From assembly GCA_964412955.1 (NCBI GenBank), contig CAYPQV010000007.1:21795-85794 (forward strand): a DNA stretch of 64,000 bases, written 5' to 3'. Origin of the DNA: an uncultured Hyphomicrobiales bacterium (GTDB lineage: Bacteria > Pseudomonadota > Alphaproteobacteria > Rhodospirillales > 2-12-FULL-67-15). The notes beneath the pieces are model-generated. The model worked only from the letters and a program-made list of their open reading frames with translations. It was not told the DNA's origin and did no database searches. The translations under genes were made by a program, and so were the position numbers. This document shows positions 47,137-62,591 of this stretch, one piece after another. Position 1 is the first letter of the stretch; the number at the start of each line of letters is the position of its first letter.

Positions 47137-48092
47137 CGCCTTCCCTTTCGCCGCCTAAGACCTTTACGTTTTCGGAGACGGCGATTTTGCGCCGCCGGGG
47201 CGCCCGGTTCCAGGTCCCTGTGGCGCAATTCGACTCTGACCCCGCGCTTCGCGAATTCGCCCGCCAGTTTCTCGGCCACGCACACCGAGCGATGGCGTCC
47301 GCCGGTGCAACCGACCGCGATGGTGAGATAGCTCTTTCCCTCGGAAGCATAAAGCGGCAGCAGCGGTTCCAGAAGAAGAATCAGGCGGCGGAAAAAGTCG
47401 GGAAAATGACGGTCGCGGCGGACATAGTCGGCGACTTTCCGGTCGCGCCCGGTCAGCGGCTTCAGCTCGGGCACGTAGTGGGGATTGCGCAGGAAGCGCA
47501 CGTCGAAGACCAGGTCGGCCTCGCGCGGCAATCCCTTGCGGTACGCGAACGAGGTCACGAACACCGCCAGGCGCGCGCCCCCGTCGCCGCCGAACCGTCC
47601 GGCCAGCACATGCTTGAGCTCGCCCGGCCCGAACTCGCTCGTGTCCACGATCAGGTCGGCGCGCGCGCGCGCGGCGCGCAGCAGCCTGCGTTCGCGCCGG
47701 ATGCCGTCGAGCAGCGGGCCCGAACCCGCGAGCGGGTGGCGATGGCGCGTTTCGGCGTAACGCCGCTGCAGCACCTCGTCCGCCGCGTCCATGAACACGA
47801 GCGTCGCCTTGCGCCCGGCGCCGCGGGCGAGCGCGCGCGCCTGGGCGAGCAGCGCGCGCGAATCGAACCCCCGGGTGCGCACGTCGATCCCGACCGCGAG
47901 CGGGCGGAGCGGAGAGGACTTGGGGGCCTGCGCCGCCAGCCCCGCGAGGAATCCGAGCGGCACGTTGTCGACCGTCTCGAAGCCCAGGTCCTCCAGCGCC
48001 TTGAGGGCGGAACTCTTGCCCGCGCCGGAAATGCCGGTGACCAGCACCACCGGGCGCGTCGCGGGCTTTCGGGTCATGGAGCGCCTGGTCAT
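47133..48092 (-). CDS. rapZ: RNase adapter RapZ (YhbJ family P-loop protein)
   Basis: TGISGAGKS, VDNVP, DVRFLRNPHY and GCTGGRHRSV motifs. Confidence 0.93.
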   Translation of the reverse strand: MTRRSMTRKPATRPVVLVTGISGAGKSSALKALEDLGFETVDNVPLGFLAGLAAQAPKSSPLRPLAVGIDVRTRGFDSRALLAQARALARGAGRKATLVFMDAADEVLQRRYAETRHRHPLAGSGPLLDGIRRERRLLRAARARADLIVDTSEFGPGELKHVLAGRFGGDGGARLAVFVTSFAYRKGLPREADLVFDVRFLRNPHYVPELKPLTGRDRKVADYVRRDRHFPDFFRRLILLLEPLLPLYASEGKSYLTIAVGCTGGRHRSVCVAEKLAGEFAKRGVRVELRHRDLEPGAPAAQNRRLRKRKGLRRRKGRR

Positions 48093-48562
48093 GGACGACG
48101 TCTTTCCTTCCGCCGGATCGCCGCGAGCGCCCGGGCAAGCGCAAGCCGCAGCTTGATCGGCGCGGAGGCCTCGAACGGCGCCAGGCGCAGGCGCGGCAGC
48201 GAAACGCCGAGCAGGACGCACCGATCCGGCGCCGGCATCCGCTCCACCCGTTCGCGATCCGTCAGATCGGCGACCAGCGCGATCGACGCGCGCGCCAGGC
48301 GCGGCACGGAAACGACGCCGACCCCGCGCGCCTCGATCAGGCCGGCGAGCGTCCGCGGCGCCTGGGCGATGACGCGGCCGCGACGGAGCGCGAGATCGAC
48401 CCGGTCGTCGGCGACCAGCCGTCCGCCGCGTTCGATCAGGCGCAGCGCGAGATCGGACTTGCCCGATCCCGGCCGGCCGCGCAGCAGCACGCCCCGGCCG
48501 GCGAGCGCGACCACGGTTCCATGAATCTGCCGAAGCGGCGGGGACGGCGGCGGCATGGGCAT
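48089..48562 (-). CDS. hprK: HPr kinase/phosphorylase (short alphaproteobacterial type)
   Basis: IHGT, GRPGSGKSDLAL, LVADD and IEARGVG motifs. Confidence 0.9.
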   Translation of the reverse strand: MPMPPPSPPLRQIHGTVVALAGRGVLLRGRPGSGKSDLALRLIERGGRLVADDRVDLALRRGRVIAQAPRTLAGLIEARGVGVVSVPRLARASIALVADLTDRERVERMPAPDRCVLLGVSLPRLRLAPFEASAPIKLRLALARALAAIRRKERRRP

Positions 48563-48605
48563 CAGCGTGAGGGGGGAAAAGAAGCCTTGTCAACGCGGGA
48601 AAGGG

Positions 48606-50225
48606 CTACGCGGCCGGCAGCACGACGACGAAGCGCGCGCCCAGGACCCGGCCGGCGGCGTCGCGGCGGTTTTCGGCGCGAATGGCGCCGCCGTGGGCGA
48701 CGACGATCTGGCGCGAGATGCTGAGGCCGAGGCCCGAATGGATGCCGAACTTCTCGCCTTCGGGGCGGGAACTGTAGAAGCGCTCGAAAATGGCGCTCTC
48801 GGACCCTTCGGGAATGCCCGGGCCTTCGTCCTCGACCGTGGCGACCGCCATCCCGTTTTCCGCCCGCGCGGCCAGCGTGATGGTCCCGCCGGGCGGGCTG
48901 AACGACACCGCATTGGCGATCAGGTTGCGGAACACCTGGACCAATCGGCCTTCCACCCCGCGCACCGCGAGCGGCGCGTCGCCGGCGACATCGAGCGCGA
49001 GCGTGGGCCCGCCCGCGCCCCCGGTTTCGCGATGGACCTCGACCAGCGTCCGCAGCAGCTGGTCGAGGCGCACCGGTTCCAGCTTGGCGCGCGACAATTC
49101 CGCGTCCACGCGCGAGGCGGCGGAAATATCGCTGATCAGGCGATCCAGGCGCTGAATGTCGTCGGCGATGATCGCCATCAGCTTTTCCCGCTGCGCCGGA
49201 TCGTCGATCCGGCGCAGCGTCTCCACGGCGCTGCGGATGGAGGTGAGCGGATTCTTGATTTCGTGGGCGACGTCGGCGGCGAAGCTTTCGATCGCGTCCA
49301 TGCGCTGCCACAACGCTTCGTTCATCTCGCGCAGGCTGGCGGCCAACTCCCCGATCTCGTCGTCGCGCCGCCCGAAATCGGGAATGCCGTGACGTTCGTG
49401 CACCCGGCCGCGCACCCTGCGCGCGGCGGCGGCGAGCAGCAGCAGCGGCCGGGCGATGGTGCCCGCCAAATAGAGCGAGAGCAGGACCGTGACCGCCAAC
49501 GCGACGCCGAACATTCTTAGGATATCGAGGCGCACTTCGTACATGGCGGCGTCGATCTCGGCCGAATCCTTGGTCAACAGCAGCGCTCCCAGCACCTTCT
49601 TGTAGCGCTGCACCGGCACCGCGACGCTGAGGGTCAGGCCGCCGTCCGGCGCGAACCGCACCGCGCGTTCCCCGTCGCCGCCGAGGGCGGCGACCACCTC
49701 GGCGTAATCCTCGGCGCGCGGGTTGGGCGATTCCTGGTAGGCTTCCATCGGCTCCAGGCCGAACAGGCGGCTCAAGGTGCGGTGGTAGAGTTCCAGGGCG
49801 CGGCCCAGGAACCGCGGCGCCGCCTCGCCGGGCTGCGGCAATTCCTCGATAACGACGCGGTTTCCGGCCAAGCCGAGCGCCCGGCTGTCGGCGATGAGTT
49901 CCCCGTCGGCGTCATAGAGGCGCGCGCGCGCGTCGGTGGTTTCGATCACGCGCCGGATGATGCGCGCCGCCATCTCGGGCACCATTTCCTCGCTCGCGAA
50001 TTGATCGACGGTGATCGCGACTTCGGCCACGGCGGCGGCGTAGGTGTCGGCCTGAAGCTGGAGCGCGAATAGTTCGGTCTGCACCAGGCTGCGCTGGTAT
50101 TGGCCGAGAAACAGCAGCCCGCCCACCAGGATCACCAGCGCGAAAACGTTGACGGCGAGAATGCGCCGGGTGATCGGCGAGAGCCGGGAACGCTTGGGCG
50201 AAGGCGACGGCAGGGCGGGATTCAT
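48606..50225 (-). CDS. chvG: Sensor histidine kinase ChvG/ExoS
   Basis: SPITRRILAVN, VAVPVQR, HAMP domain, ADVAHEIKNPLTS, FERFY and SGLGL motifs; synteny with chvI and hprK. Confidence 0.92.
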   Translation of the reverse strand: MNPALPSPSPKRSRLSPITRRILAVNVFALVILVGGLLFLGQYQRSLVQTELFALQLQADTYAAAVAEVAITVDQFASEEMVPEMAARIIRRVIETTDARARLYDADGELIADSRALGLAGNRVVIEELPQPGEAAPRFLGRALELYHRTLSRLFGLEPMEAYQESPNPRAEDYAEVVAALGGDGERAVRFAPDGGLTLSVAVPVQRYKKVLGALLLTKDSAEIDAAMYEVRLDILRMFGVALAVTVLLSLYLAGTIARPLLLLAAAARRVRGRVHERHGIPDFGRRDDEIGELAASLREMNEALWQRMDAIESFAADVAHEIKNPLTSIRSAVETLRRIDDPAQREKLMAIIADDIQRLDRLISDISAASRVDAELSRAKLEPVRLDQLLRTLVEVHRETGGAGGPTLALDVAGDAPLAVRGVEGRLVQVFRNLIANAVSFSPPGGTITLAARAENGMAVATVEDEGPGIPEGSESAIFERFYSSRPEGEKFGIHSGLGLSISRQIVVAHGGAIRAENRRDAAGRVLGARFVVVLPAA

Positions 50226-50239
50226 CCGCGACCGGGGGT

Positions 50240-50932
50240 CTATTCGGCGGTCTTGTAACGGTAGCCGATGCCGTAGAGGGTTTCGACCTCCGCGAACGAC
50301 GGATCGCGTTCGCGGAATTTCCGCCGGATGCGCTTGATGTGGCTGTCGATGGTGCGGTCGTCGACGAAGACGTTCTGCCCGTAGGCCTCGTCGATCAGCT
50401 GATCGCGGTTCTTGACGTGGCCCGGGCGGCGGGCGAGCGCCTGAAGGAGCAGGAATTCGGTCACCGTCAAATCCACTTCCCCGCCCTTCCAATGGCAGGA
50501 ATGGCGCTGAGGATCGAGTTCGAGTTCGCCGCGCTTGAGAATGCCGCTCGACGGGACCGCGCCCTGCGCCTCGCGCCGGCGCAGCACGGCGCGGATGCGC
50601 TCGATCAGCAGGCGCTGCGAGAACGGCTTGGTGATGTAGTCGTCCGCGCCCATGCGCAATCCCATCATTTCGTCGATCTCGTCGTCCTTCGAGGTGAGGA
50701 AGATGACCGGCAGCGCGCTTTTCTGGCGCAGCCGCTTGAGCAGTTCCATCCCGTCGAGGCGCGGCATCTTGATGTCGAGAACCGCGAGGTCCGGCGGCTG
50801 GCGTTCGAGCGCGGTCAGCGCCTCGGCGCCGTCCGTATAGGTGCGGACGCGAAAGCCCTCGGCTTCCAGCGCCATGCTCACGGACGCAAGGATGTTGCGG
50901 TCGTCGTCGACCAGGGCAACGGTATGACTCAT
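50240..50932 (-). CDS. chvI: Response regulator ChvI
   Basis: [24 protein letters not shown] and [11 protein letters not shown] motifs. Confidence 0.95.
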   Translation of the reverse strand: MSHTVALVDDDRNILASVSMALEAEGFRVRTYTDGAEALTALERQPPDLAVLDIKMPRLDGMELLKRLRQKSALPVIFLTSKDDEIDEMMGLRMGADDYITKPFSQRLLIERIRAVLRRREAQGAVPSSGILKRGELELDPQRHSCHWKGGEVDLTVTEFLLLQALARRPGHVKNRDQLIDEAYGQNVFVDDRTIDSHIKRIRRKFRERDPSFAEVETLYGIGYRYKTAE

Positions 50933-51055
50933 GTTGGCGGGGCTCCGGCCGTCCGCTCGATCCGTTCGCAATCGCGCGGCCTGGGCGGGGTGAAGGTTGA
51001 CGCGTCGTTTCGGCGGAAATTATAGTCGCGACGTTGGGGACTCGCCACGCCGGTC

Positions 51056-51943
51056 ATGTCCGAACTGCGCCTCAGATTGGATCTCACGGTCCGCCGGCTG
51101 ATCCGCCGGGCGCGCTCGGGCACGCTCGCGACCGCGTTGGCCGACGCGGACACCGGGACCGGGGCCGCGCACCCCGATAGGGGCGCATTATTTAACGCGC
51201 GCGGGGATTCGCCCGCGCACCCGTACGCGTCCCTGGTCACGGTCGGGTGGGGCGTCGACGCCGGCCCGATTTTTCTGTTTTCCGCCCTCTCCGACCACAC
51301 CCGGAACCTGGCCAGCGATCCCCGGGCGGCGCTGCTGATCGAGGAAGCGAGCCGGCGCGCCAATCCCCAGACCGGGCCCCGGGTCACCTTGATGGGCCGG
51401 ATCGCGCCGTGCGCCGAGGGCGAGGATCAATCGTCCGCCCGGCGGCGCTTTCTCGCCCGGCATCCCGAGGCCGCGCGCTATGCCGGGTTCGGCGATTTCC
51501 GTTTCTTCCGCATGACGGTCGAACGCGCCCATTACGTCGGCGGGTTCGCGCGCGCGGTCTGGGTCGAAGGATCCCGGATCGCGTTGCCGGCCCCATCGGT
51601 CGCCGCCGTCGCCGCGTGCGAGGAAAGCGTGCTTGCCCACATGAACGCGGATCATAACGACGCGGTCGATCTCTACGCCCGGCGTCTTCTCGGCCGGCGG
51701 GAAAAGGGTTGGACGCTCGCCGGGCTCGACCCGGACGGAATCGACCTTCGGCGCGGGGCCCGGTTTGCCCGGCTCGACTTCCCCGAGCCGATCGCCTCCG
51801 CGGGCGAGGCGCGCGAAACCCTGGTTGCCTTCGCGACCGAGGCCCGCATGGGGCGCCGGCGGCGGAGCCGACCGTCAAAGCCCGCCCCAAGCAAGACCCT
51901 TATGAAAAATAAGAAACTACGGGATACCAAAAAACGTAAGTAG
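51056..51943 (+). CDS. HugZ / PNPOx-like FMN-split-barrel protein with DUF2470-like C-terminal domain
   Basis: [32 protein letters not shown] and DPDGIDL motifs. Confidence 0.9.
   Translation: MSELRLRLDLTVRRLIRRARSGTLATALADADTGTGAAHPDRGALFNARGDSPAHPYASLVTVGWGVDAGPIFLFSALSDHTRNLASDPRAALLIEEASRRANPQTGPRVTLMGRIAPCAEGEDQSSARRRFLARHPEAARYAGFGDFRFFRMTVERAHYVGGFARAVWVEGSRIALPAPSVAAVAACEESVLAHMNADHNDAVDLYARRLLGRREKGWTLAGLDPDGIDLRRGARFARLDFPEPIASAGEARETLVAFATEARMGRRRRSRPSKPAPSKTLMKNKKLRDTKKRK
51172..51218. repeat. 47-bp three-hairpin repeat, copy 1 (inside the hugZ-like CDS)
   Basis: CCCCGATAGGGGCGCATTATTTAACGCGCGCGGGGATTCGCCCGCGC; 45/47 identical to 55875-55921. Confidence 0.85.
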
Positions 51944-52110
51944 AACCGCCGCCCTCCCCGCCTCGACCGGTTACCCGAACGAGGGGTTGCTCCCCGCCCG
52001 AACCGGTGGTTATCGTGCCCTTGGCCCGCTCGGGAGGAAGGGCCGGCCGGATGCGGCGCGACGCCGCGCCGGCTTCGCCGTCAACAATTTCAGGGAAACG
52101 GATTCAATTC

Positions 52111-53718
52111 ATGCGGGAAATCGGCCCGGTCGTCAGCAGTTATGGCCTGGATAAACTCGGCGTGCGCAACCTCGCCGCCGAGCATTGGAACTTGACGCCG
52201 GAGATGCTGATCGAGGAAGCGTTGCGCCGCCATGAAGGCGCGCTGGCCCAAGGCGGCTCCCTGGTGACCCACACCGGCCACCACACCGGCCGTTCCGCCA
52301 ACGACAAGTTCGTGGTCGAGGAACCCTCGACCAGGGCCGACATCTGGTGGGGATCGGTCAACCGTCCGTTCGACCCGGAACGTTTCGACGTCCTTCATCG
52401 CCACATACTCGATCATCTGTCGGGCCGGGACGTGTTCGTGCGCGATTGTTACGCCGGGGCCAATCCGAAATTCCGCCTGCAGGTCCGCATCGTCACCGAA
52501 ACCGCGTGGCACAATCTTTTCGCCTGCAACATGTTCATCCCGCCGAAGCCCGAAGACCTGCGTTCCTTCCGGCCCGAATTCACGGTGATCCAGGCGCCGT
52601 CGTGCCACGCCATCCCGGCCAGGCACGGCACCAATTCCGAGACCTTCATCCTGGTCAATTTCGCCAAGCGCCTGGTCCTGATCGGCGGGTCGTCGTACGC
52701 GGGCGAGATCAAGAAATCGGTCTTCTCGATCCTCAACTTCCTGCTGCCGCCGCAAGGCGTGCTGCCGATGCACTGCTCGGCCAACGTCGGGCCGAAGGGC
52801 GATTCGGCGATCTTTTTCGGGCTTTCCGGAACCGGCAAGACCACGCTCTCGGCCGATGCCTCGCGCACCCTGATCGGCGACGACGAACACGGCTGGGGCG
52901 ACGACGGCGTTTTCAATTTCGAGGGCGGCTGTTACGCGAAAGTGATCAAGCTGAGCCGCGAGGCCGAGCCCGAAATCCACGCCACCACCGGCGCGTTCGG
53001 CACCATCCTCGAAAACGTGGTCATGGACATGGACACCCGCGCGCTCGATCTCGACGACGCGCGGCTGACCGAAAATACCCGCGCGTCCTATCCGCTGGCG
53101 CGCATTCCCAATGCCTCCGCCACCGGCATGGCGGGGCATCCACGCAACATCGTCATGCTGACCTGCGACGCGTTCGGCGTGATGCCGCCGATCAGCAAGT
53201 TGACGCCGGAACAGGCGATGTACCATTTCCTGTCGGGCTATACCGCCAAGGTCGCCGGCACCGAAAAGGGCCTGAAGGAGCCGACCACGACGTTTTCGAC
53301 CTGCTTCGGCGCGCCGTTCATGCCGCGCCATCCGGCGGTTTACGCCAAGCTGCTCGGCGAGAAGATGGCGCGTCACGGCGCCAATTGCTGGCTGGTGAAT
53401 ACCGGCTGGTCGGGCGGCGGCTACGGCGAAGGCCGCCGCATGGCGATCGCCCACACCCGCGCGCTGCTCGGCGCCGCGCTCGACGGCACGCTCGACGGCG
53501 CCGCGTTCCGGCCCGACCCCAACTTCGGCATGCTGGTGCCGGAAGCCTGCCCCGGAGTCCCCGCCGGCGTGCTCGTTCCGCGCGCCACCTGGCGCGACCC
53601 CGCCAAGTACGACGAAAAGGCGCGCGAGATTCGCGGCCGCTTCGAGGCCAACTTCCGCCAGTTCGAGGCCGAGGTGGACGACAAGGTCCGCGCCGCGGCG
53701 ATCCGCGCGGCGGCTTGA
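52111..53718 (+). CDS. pckA: Phosphoenolpyruvate carboxykinase (ATP)
   Basis: [33 protein letters not shown] and NFEGGCYAK motifs. Confidence 0.97.
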   Translation: MREIGPVVSSYGLDKLGVRNLAAEHWNLTPEMLIEEALRRHEGALAQGGSLVTHTGHHTGRSANDKFVVEEPSTRADIWWGSVNRPFDPERFDVLHRHILDHLSGRDVFVRDCYAGANPKFRLQVRIVTETAWHNLFACNMFIPPKPEDLRSFRPEFTVIQAPSCHAIPARHGTNSETFILVNFAKRLVLIGGSSYAGEIKKSVFSILNFLLPPQGVLPMHCSANVGPKGDSAIFFGLSGTGKTTLSADASRTLIGDDEHGWGDDGVFNFEGGCYAKVIKLSREAEPEIHATTGAFGTILENVVMDMDTRALDLDDARLTENTRASYPLARIPNASATGMAGHPRNIVMLTCDAFGVMPPISKLTPEQAMYHFLSGYTAKVAGTEKGLKEPTTTFSTCFGAPFMPRHPAVYAKLLGEKMARHGANCWLVNTGWSGGGYGEGRRMAIAHTRALLGAALDGTLDGAAFRPDPNFGMLVPEACPGVPAGVLVPRATWRDPAKYDEKAREIRGRFEANFRQFEAEVDDKVRAAAIRAAA

Positions 53719-53824
53719 ACGGCGTCGGACGCGCCCGGCCGGCCCGCGTGATCGCGCCGGGCCCGCCCGTTTTCCTGAAATAAAATCTAATAACCTATTG
53801 TTTCTCATAAGATATTATTGAGAT

Positions 53825-53839
53825 TGAAAGTTATTATCA
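53825..53839. promoter_or_regulatory. Fur-like box
   Basis: TGAAAGT-T-ATTATCA, 12/14 match to the 7-1-7 consensus TGATAAT-N-ATTATCA, within an AT-rich stretch. Confidence 0.55.
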
Positions 53840-53897
53840 TTTAAGTTAAACGGAACGAAAGAGGCAAAACCCCATCCGGATTTCAGGAGACGAAGCC

Positions 53898-54368
53898 ATG
53901 GAACCTGTCGGCGTAAAGTACTTCCCCGGCGTCCAATGCGGCGCCGATTCGCTCGACGCGCCGGAGCGGCTGCTGGTCGGTTCCGTGCGGCGATGGCTCA
54001 AGGCCTCGGCGGACTGGCCGATCATCGCCGACCAATTCCGTCTCGCCTTCGGCGACAACGAATGCCTGTACGCGTTGAACGGTCTCAAGGGGCTGCTCGA
54101 AACGCTCGCGACGGGCGCGCGGCGCACGCTTTATTTTCATCAACCGTGCTGCGGCCACGTCAGCGCCGACGAGCAGAGCCTGCTGACCCTGATCGCCGCC
54201 CTGCAGCACGGCCGCCACGGGCACGTCCACGCGATCCTGCGCTGGCTGTTGCCGATTCCCCATCAAGCCGCCGCCTACAAGCACGCGTTCTGGCTCGCCT
54301 GCGGCATGGCCGAATGCGGCCTGACCCTGAAGCCGCCGACGCCGTCCGACGTTCTGGGAACCTGCTGA
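53898..54368 (+). CDS. Cys/His-rich hypothetical protein
   Basis: GGAG RBS; FHQPCCGHVSADEQSLL and HGRHGHVH motifs. Confidence 0.7.
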   Translation: MEPVGVKYFPGVQCGADSLDAPERLLVGSVRRWLKASADWPIIADQFRLAFGDNECLYALNGLKGLLETLATGARRTLYFHQPCCGHVSADEQSLLTLIAALQHGRHGHVHAILRWLLPIPHQAAAYKHAFWLACGMAECGLTLKPPTPSDVLGTC

Positions 54369-54379
54369 CCCCGGCCGCG

Positions 54380-55894
54380 TCAGGCCCGCCAGAACGCGCG
54401 GCTGAACAGCACCAGGACGGTGAACAACTCGAGTCGCCCGAGCAGCATCGCGAACGACAGCACCCATTTCGCCTCGGGCGGAAGCGTGGTGAACGTCCCC
54501 GCCGGACCGATGACGGGTCCGAGGCCCGGACCGACGTTGCTGACCGCCGTCGCCGCGCCCGAGAGCGCCGTCACCAGATCGAGGCCGAATCCGGCCAGCG
54601 CCAACGCCGCGACCGCGACCGTGCCGATGTAGGCTCCCATGAACAGCAGCACCGAGGCGAAGATATCGTTGCTCAACTTGCGCTCGCCATAGAAAGTCGG
54701 CCGCACGCTGAGCGGCGCGATCAGGCGCCAGCCGTGACTGCGGATGGCGACGGTCAACACCTGGAAACGGAATATTTTTATTCCTCCGGCGGTCGAGCCG
54801 GTGCAGCCGCCGACGAACGTCAGGAAGAAAAACGCCGCGATCGGGAACGCGCCCCAATTCATGTAGTCGGCGGATGCGTATCCGGTGGTAGTGATCACCG
54901 AGGTCACGTTAAAAAGGGCCAAGCGCACGGCTTCGTCGAATGACACGGCGTGGAAATATGAAATCCAGACCGCCAGCGCGCCGCCGAAAACCAAAATCAC
55001 GAGTACCAGGATGCGCGCCTGCGGGTCCTCGATCAACGCCAGGCGATGACCCATCGCCGTGCGCAGGTAAAGCATGAGGGGAACGCTGCCCGCTATCATG
55101 AAAATAACCCCAATCCACTCGATCGCCGGATTCCTGAAATATCCGATCGAATCATCGGATGTGGAAAATCCGCCGGTCGAAATGGTCGTCATGGCGTGCA
55201 GCACCGCCTCGAAACCGCTCATGCCCGCGATCCAATAGGCGAACGCGCAGACGACGTTGAGCGATCCGTAGGCGATGATGATCCCGGTAGCCACTTGCTT
55301 GATCTGAGGCATGATCTTGTCCGAGGTGTCCGAGCTTTCGGTCCGGAACAACTGCATGCCGCCGACCCGGAGAAACGGCAGCAGCGTGATTGCCACGACC
55401 ACGATACCGACGCCGCCCATGAATTGAAGGATCGCCCGCCACAGCAGAATCCCCGGCGGCGCCGAATCGAGGTGAATCAGGACCGTCGAGCCGGTGGTGG
55501 TGAGCCCCGACATCGCCTCGAAATAGGCGTCGGCCCACGGCAGCCGGTATTCCGAGAGCGTCAGCGGCAACGCGGCGAAGGCGCACAACACCACCCAACT
55601 CAGCGAGGTCAGAAGAAAGCCCTGCCGCCGGTCGAGGGTGAACGAAGGCGATCGGCACGCGAACATCAGCGCCCCGCCCGCGAACGCGGTCACGCCGGCG
55701 GAAAACGCGAACGCCTGCCATTCGGGGTGATCCGCGATCCAATCGGCGAGCGTAGGAAAAAGCATCGCGCCCGCCAGCACGATCAGAAGTATGCCGACGA
55801 TGTAGAGGACCTGGCGCAAGGGCGGGATTCCGGACGGCGGGAACAGCGGGCTAATTCTAGCGGTTCGCGCCGCGCCCCGATAGGGGCGCATCAT
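54380..55894 (-). CDS. trkH: TrkH family potassium uptake membrane protein (true start uncertain, may be downstream)
   Basis: FEAMSGLTTTG, ISTGGFS, ITTTGY, GCTGSTAGGIK, NVGPGLG and MLLGRLE motifs. Confidence 0.93.
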   Translation of the reverse strand: MMRPYRGAARTARISPLFPPSGIPPLRQVLYIVGILLIVLAGAMLFPTLADWIADHPEWQAFAFSAGVTAFAGGALMFACRSPSFTLDRRQGFLLTSLSWVVLCAFAALPLTLSEYRLPWADAYFEAMSGLTTTGSTVLIHLDSAPPGILLWRAILQFMGGVGIVVVAITLLPFLRVGGMQLFRTESSDTSDKIMPQIKQVATGIIIAYGSLNVVCAFAYWIAGMSGFEAVLHAMTTISTGGFSTSDDSIGYFRNPAIEWIGVIFMIAGSVPLMLYLRTAMGHRLALIEDPQARILVLVILVFGGALAVWISYFHAVSFDEAVRLALFNVTSVITTTGYASADYMNWGAFPIAAFFFLTFVGGCTGSTAGGIKIFRFQVLTVAIRSHGWRLIAPLSVRPTFYGERKLSNDIFASVLLFMGAYIGTVAVAALALAGFGLDLVTALSGAATAVSNVGPGLGPVIGPAGTFTTLPPEAKWVLSFAMLLGRLELFTVLVLFSRAFWRA

Positions 55895-55921
55895 TTAATG
55901 CGCGCGGGGATTCGCCCGCGC
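55875..55921. repeat. 47-bp three-hairpin repeat, copy 2 (DUF423/trkH junction)
   Basis: CCCCGATAGGGGCGCATCATTTAATGCGCGCGGGGATTCGCCCGCGC. Contains the DUF423 stop codon. Confidence 0.85.
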
Positions 55922-56311
55922 GCGCCCGCCAATCGGGCTCAAGGCGAGCAGCACCCATCCCGCCAGCAACAGGATGCCGCCCGTCGGCGCCGCGCCGCTC
56001 ATCCAGACCGCGCCGGTGAGGCCGAAAACGTAAAGCGTGCCCGAAAAGAACGCGATGCCGAGGACGAAGGCGAGGCCGGCCAGGCGCGGAAGCCAAAGAT
56101 GGCCGCGACCGTTCTCGGCCCGCTCGGCGAGCCAGGCGACGCCGAGCAGCGCGAGCGCGTGCCACATCTGGTAATCGACCCCGGTGGTGAAGGCGTTGGC
56201 CAGGACCGGGTCCTCGGTATCGAGCCAATGGGCGGCGTAGGCCCCCGCGCCCACGGCCGCCAGACCGTTAACGGCGGCCAACGCGACCCATGCTTTCCAG
56301 GTTTGCCGCAT
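55895..56311 (-). CDS. DUF423 (YgdD/TMEM256) membrane protein
   Basis: GAYAAH, YQMWHALAL, FSGTLY and APTGG motifs. Confidence 0.9.
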   Translation of the reverse strand: MRQTWKAWVALAAVNGLAAVGAGAYAAHWLDTEDPVLANAFTTGVDYQMWHALALLGVAWLAERAENGRGHLWLPRLAGLAFVLGIAFFSGTLYVFGLTGAVWMSGAAPTGGILLLAGWVLLALSPIGGRARANPRAH

Positions 56312-56322
56312 CGGGGCCCGTC

Positions 56323-57765
56323 TCAGCGCGGCAGTTCCGAGGCACCCGTCAGGAATGCGTCGACCGCGCGCGCGCATTGGCGGCCTTCGCGGATCGCCCA
56401 CACCACCAGCGACTGGCCGCGGCGCGCGTCGCCGCAGGCGAACACCTTGGCCCGCGACGTGCGGTAGTCGGCGGTATCGGCCCGGACGTTGCCGCGCTCG
56501 TCGAGCGCCAGCTTCATGTCACTCACCAGTCCGTCGTGAACCGGATGAACGAAACCCATCGCCAGCAGGATCAGGTCCGCCGGAACGGTGAACTCGCTGC
56601 CCGGAACTTCGCGCGGAACCGTGCGGCCGCCCGCATCCTTGACCCATTCGGTCCGCGCGCAGACAAGGCCGGTCGCGGCGCCGTTCTTGCCCTCGACCCG
56701 CTTGGTCACCACCGACCAGTCGCGGTCGGTGCCTTCCTCGTGCGAACTGGAGGTACGGAGCTTGAGCGGCCAATCGGGCCAGGTCAGCGCCTTGTTCTCC
56801 TTCGCCGGCGGCTTGGGCATGATCTCGACCTGCATGATCGACTTCGCGCCCTGGCGGTTGGAGGTGCCGATGCAGTCCGATCCGGTGTCGCCGCCGCCGA
56901 TCACCACCACCCGCTTGCCCGACGCCAGGATCGGCCGGTTGTCGGCGATGAACTCGCCGCTGACGCGGCGGTTCTGCTGGCCGAGGAATTCCATGGCGAA
57001 ATGAACGCCGTCGAAGTCGCGGCCCGGGACCGGAAGATCGCGCGGCGCTTCCGAACCGATCGCCAGCACCACCGCGTCGTAGTCTTTTTCCAGTTCGCGC
57101 ACCGGGAGCGTCGCGCCGACGTGCACGTTGGGGTGGAACTCCACCCCTTCCGCCTGCATCTGGGCCATGCGCCGGTCGATCAGGCGCTTTTCCAGCTTGA
57201 AGTCGGGAATGCCGTAGCGCAGCAGGCCGCCGACGCGGGCGTTCTTCTCGAACACCGCGACGTCGTGCCCGGCGCGCGCGAGCTGCTGGGCGCACGCCAG
57301 CCCGGATGGGCCGGAACCGACGACCGCGACCCGCTTGAAGGAGCGATGGCGGGGAATGTCGGGCTCGATCCAGCCCTCGGCCCAGGCGCGGTCGACGATC
57401 TGGCATTCGATCGTCTTGATGGTGACCGGAACGTCGCCGATGTTGAGGGTGCAGGACGCCTCGCACGGCGCCGGACAGATGCGGCCGGTGAATTCGGGAA
57501 AATTGTTGGTCGAATGCAGCACCTGGATCGCCTGGCGCCAGTCGCCGCGATAGACCAGGTCGTTCCAGTCCGGGATGATGTTGTTGACCGGACAGCCTTC
57601 GTGGCAGTAGGGCACGCCGCAATCCATGCAGCGCGCGCCCTGGCGCTTGAGTTCGTCCTCGGCGAGCGGCAGGACGAACTCGCGGTAATGCTTGAGCCGT
57701 TCCTCGACCGGCGCGTACGCGCGGTCGTGCCGCTCGATTTCCAGAAACCCGGTCGGCTTGCCCAT
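56323..57765 (-). CDS. gltD: Glutamate synthase small subunit
   Basis: [43 protein letters not shown] and [11 protein letters not shown] motifs. Confidence 0.97.
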   Translation of the reverse strand: MGKPTGFLEIERHDRAYAPVEERLKHYREFVLPLAEDELKRQGARCMDCGVPYCHEGCPVNNIIPDWNDLVYRGDWRQAIQVLHSTNNFPEFTGRICPAPCEASCTLNIGDVPVTIKTIECQIVDRAWAEGWIEPDIPRHRSFKRVAVVGSGPSGLACAQQLARAGHDVAVFEKNARVGGLLRYGIPDFKLEKRLIDRRMAQMQAEGVEFHPNVHVGATLPVRELEKDYDAVVLAIGSEAPRDLPVPGRDFDGVHFAMEFLGQQNRRVSGEFIADNRPILASGKRVVVIGGGDTGSDCIGTSNRQGAKSIMQVEIMPKPPAKENKALTWPDWPLKLRTSSSHEEGTDRDWSVVTKRVEGKNGAATGLVCARTEWVKDAGGRTVPREVPGSEFTVPADLILLAMGFVHPVHDGLVSDMKLALDERGNVRADTADYRTSRAKVFACGDARRGQSLVVWAIREGRQCARAVDAFLTGASELPR

Positions 57766-57773
57766 GGCACGCC

Positions 57774-62429
<4,656 letters not shown>

Positions 62430-62591
62430 CGTTCCCAAATCACGGTCAAGCGTTGACGGGCAAGTTCCTTGCATAGCAGCGCCGGGCGCCCCGCGCCAGC
62501 GGGATTCGCGGCCCATGCCCGGGAAAGCGCCCGTCTTGGGCCGTCCCCTGAATGGGTGATATAAGGGAACCTCTATCCGGGGGGCGAGCGC

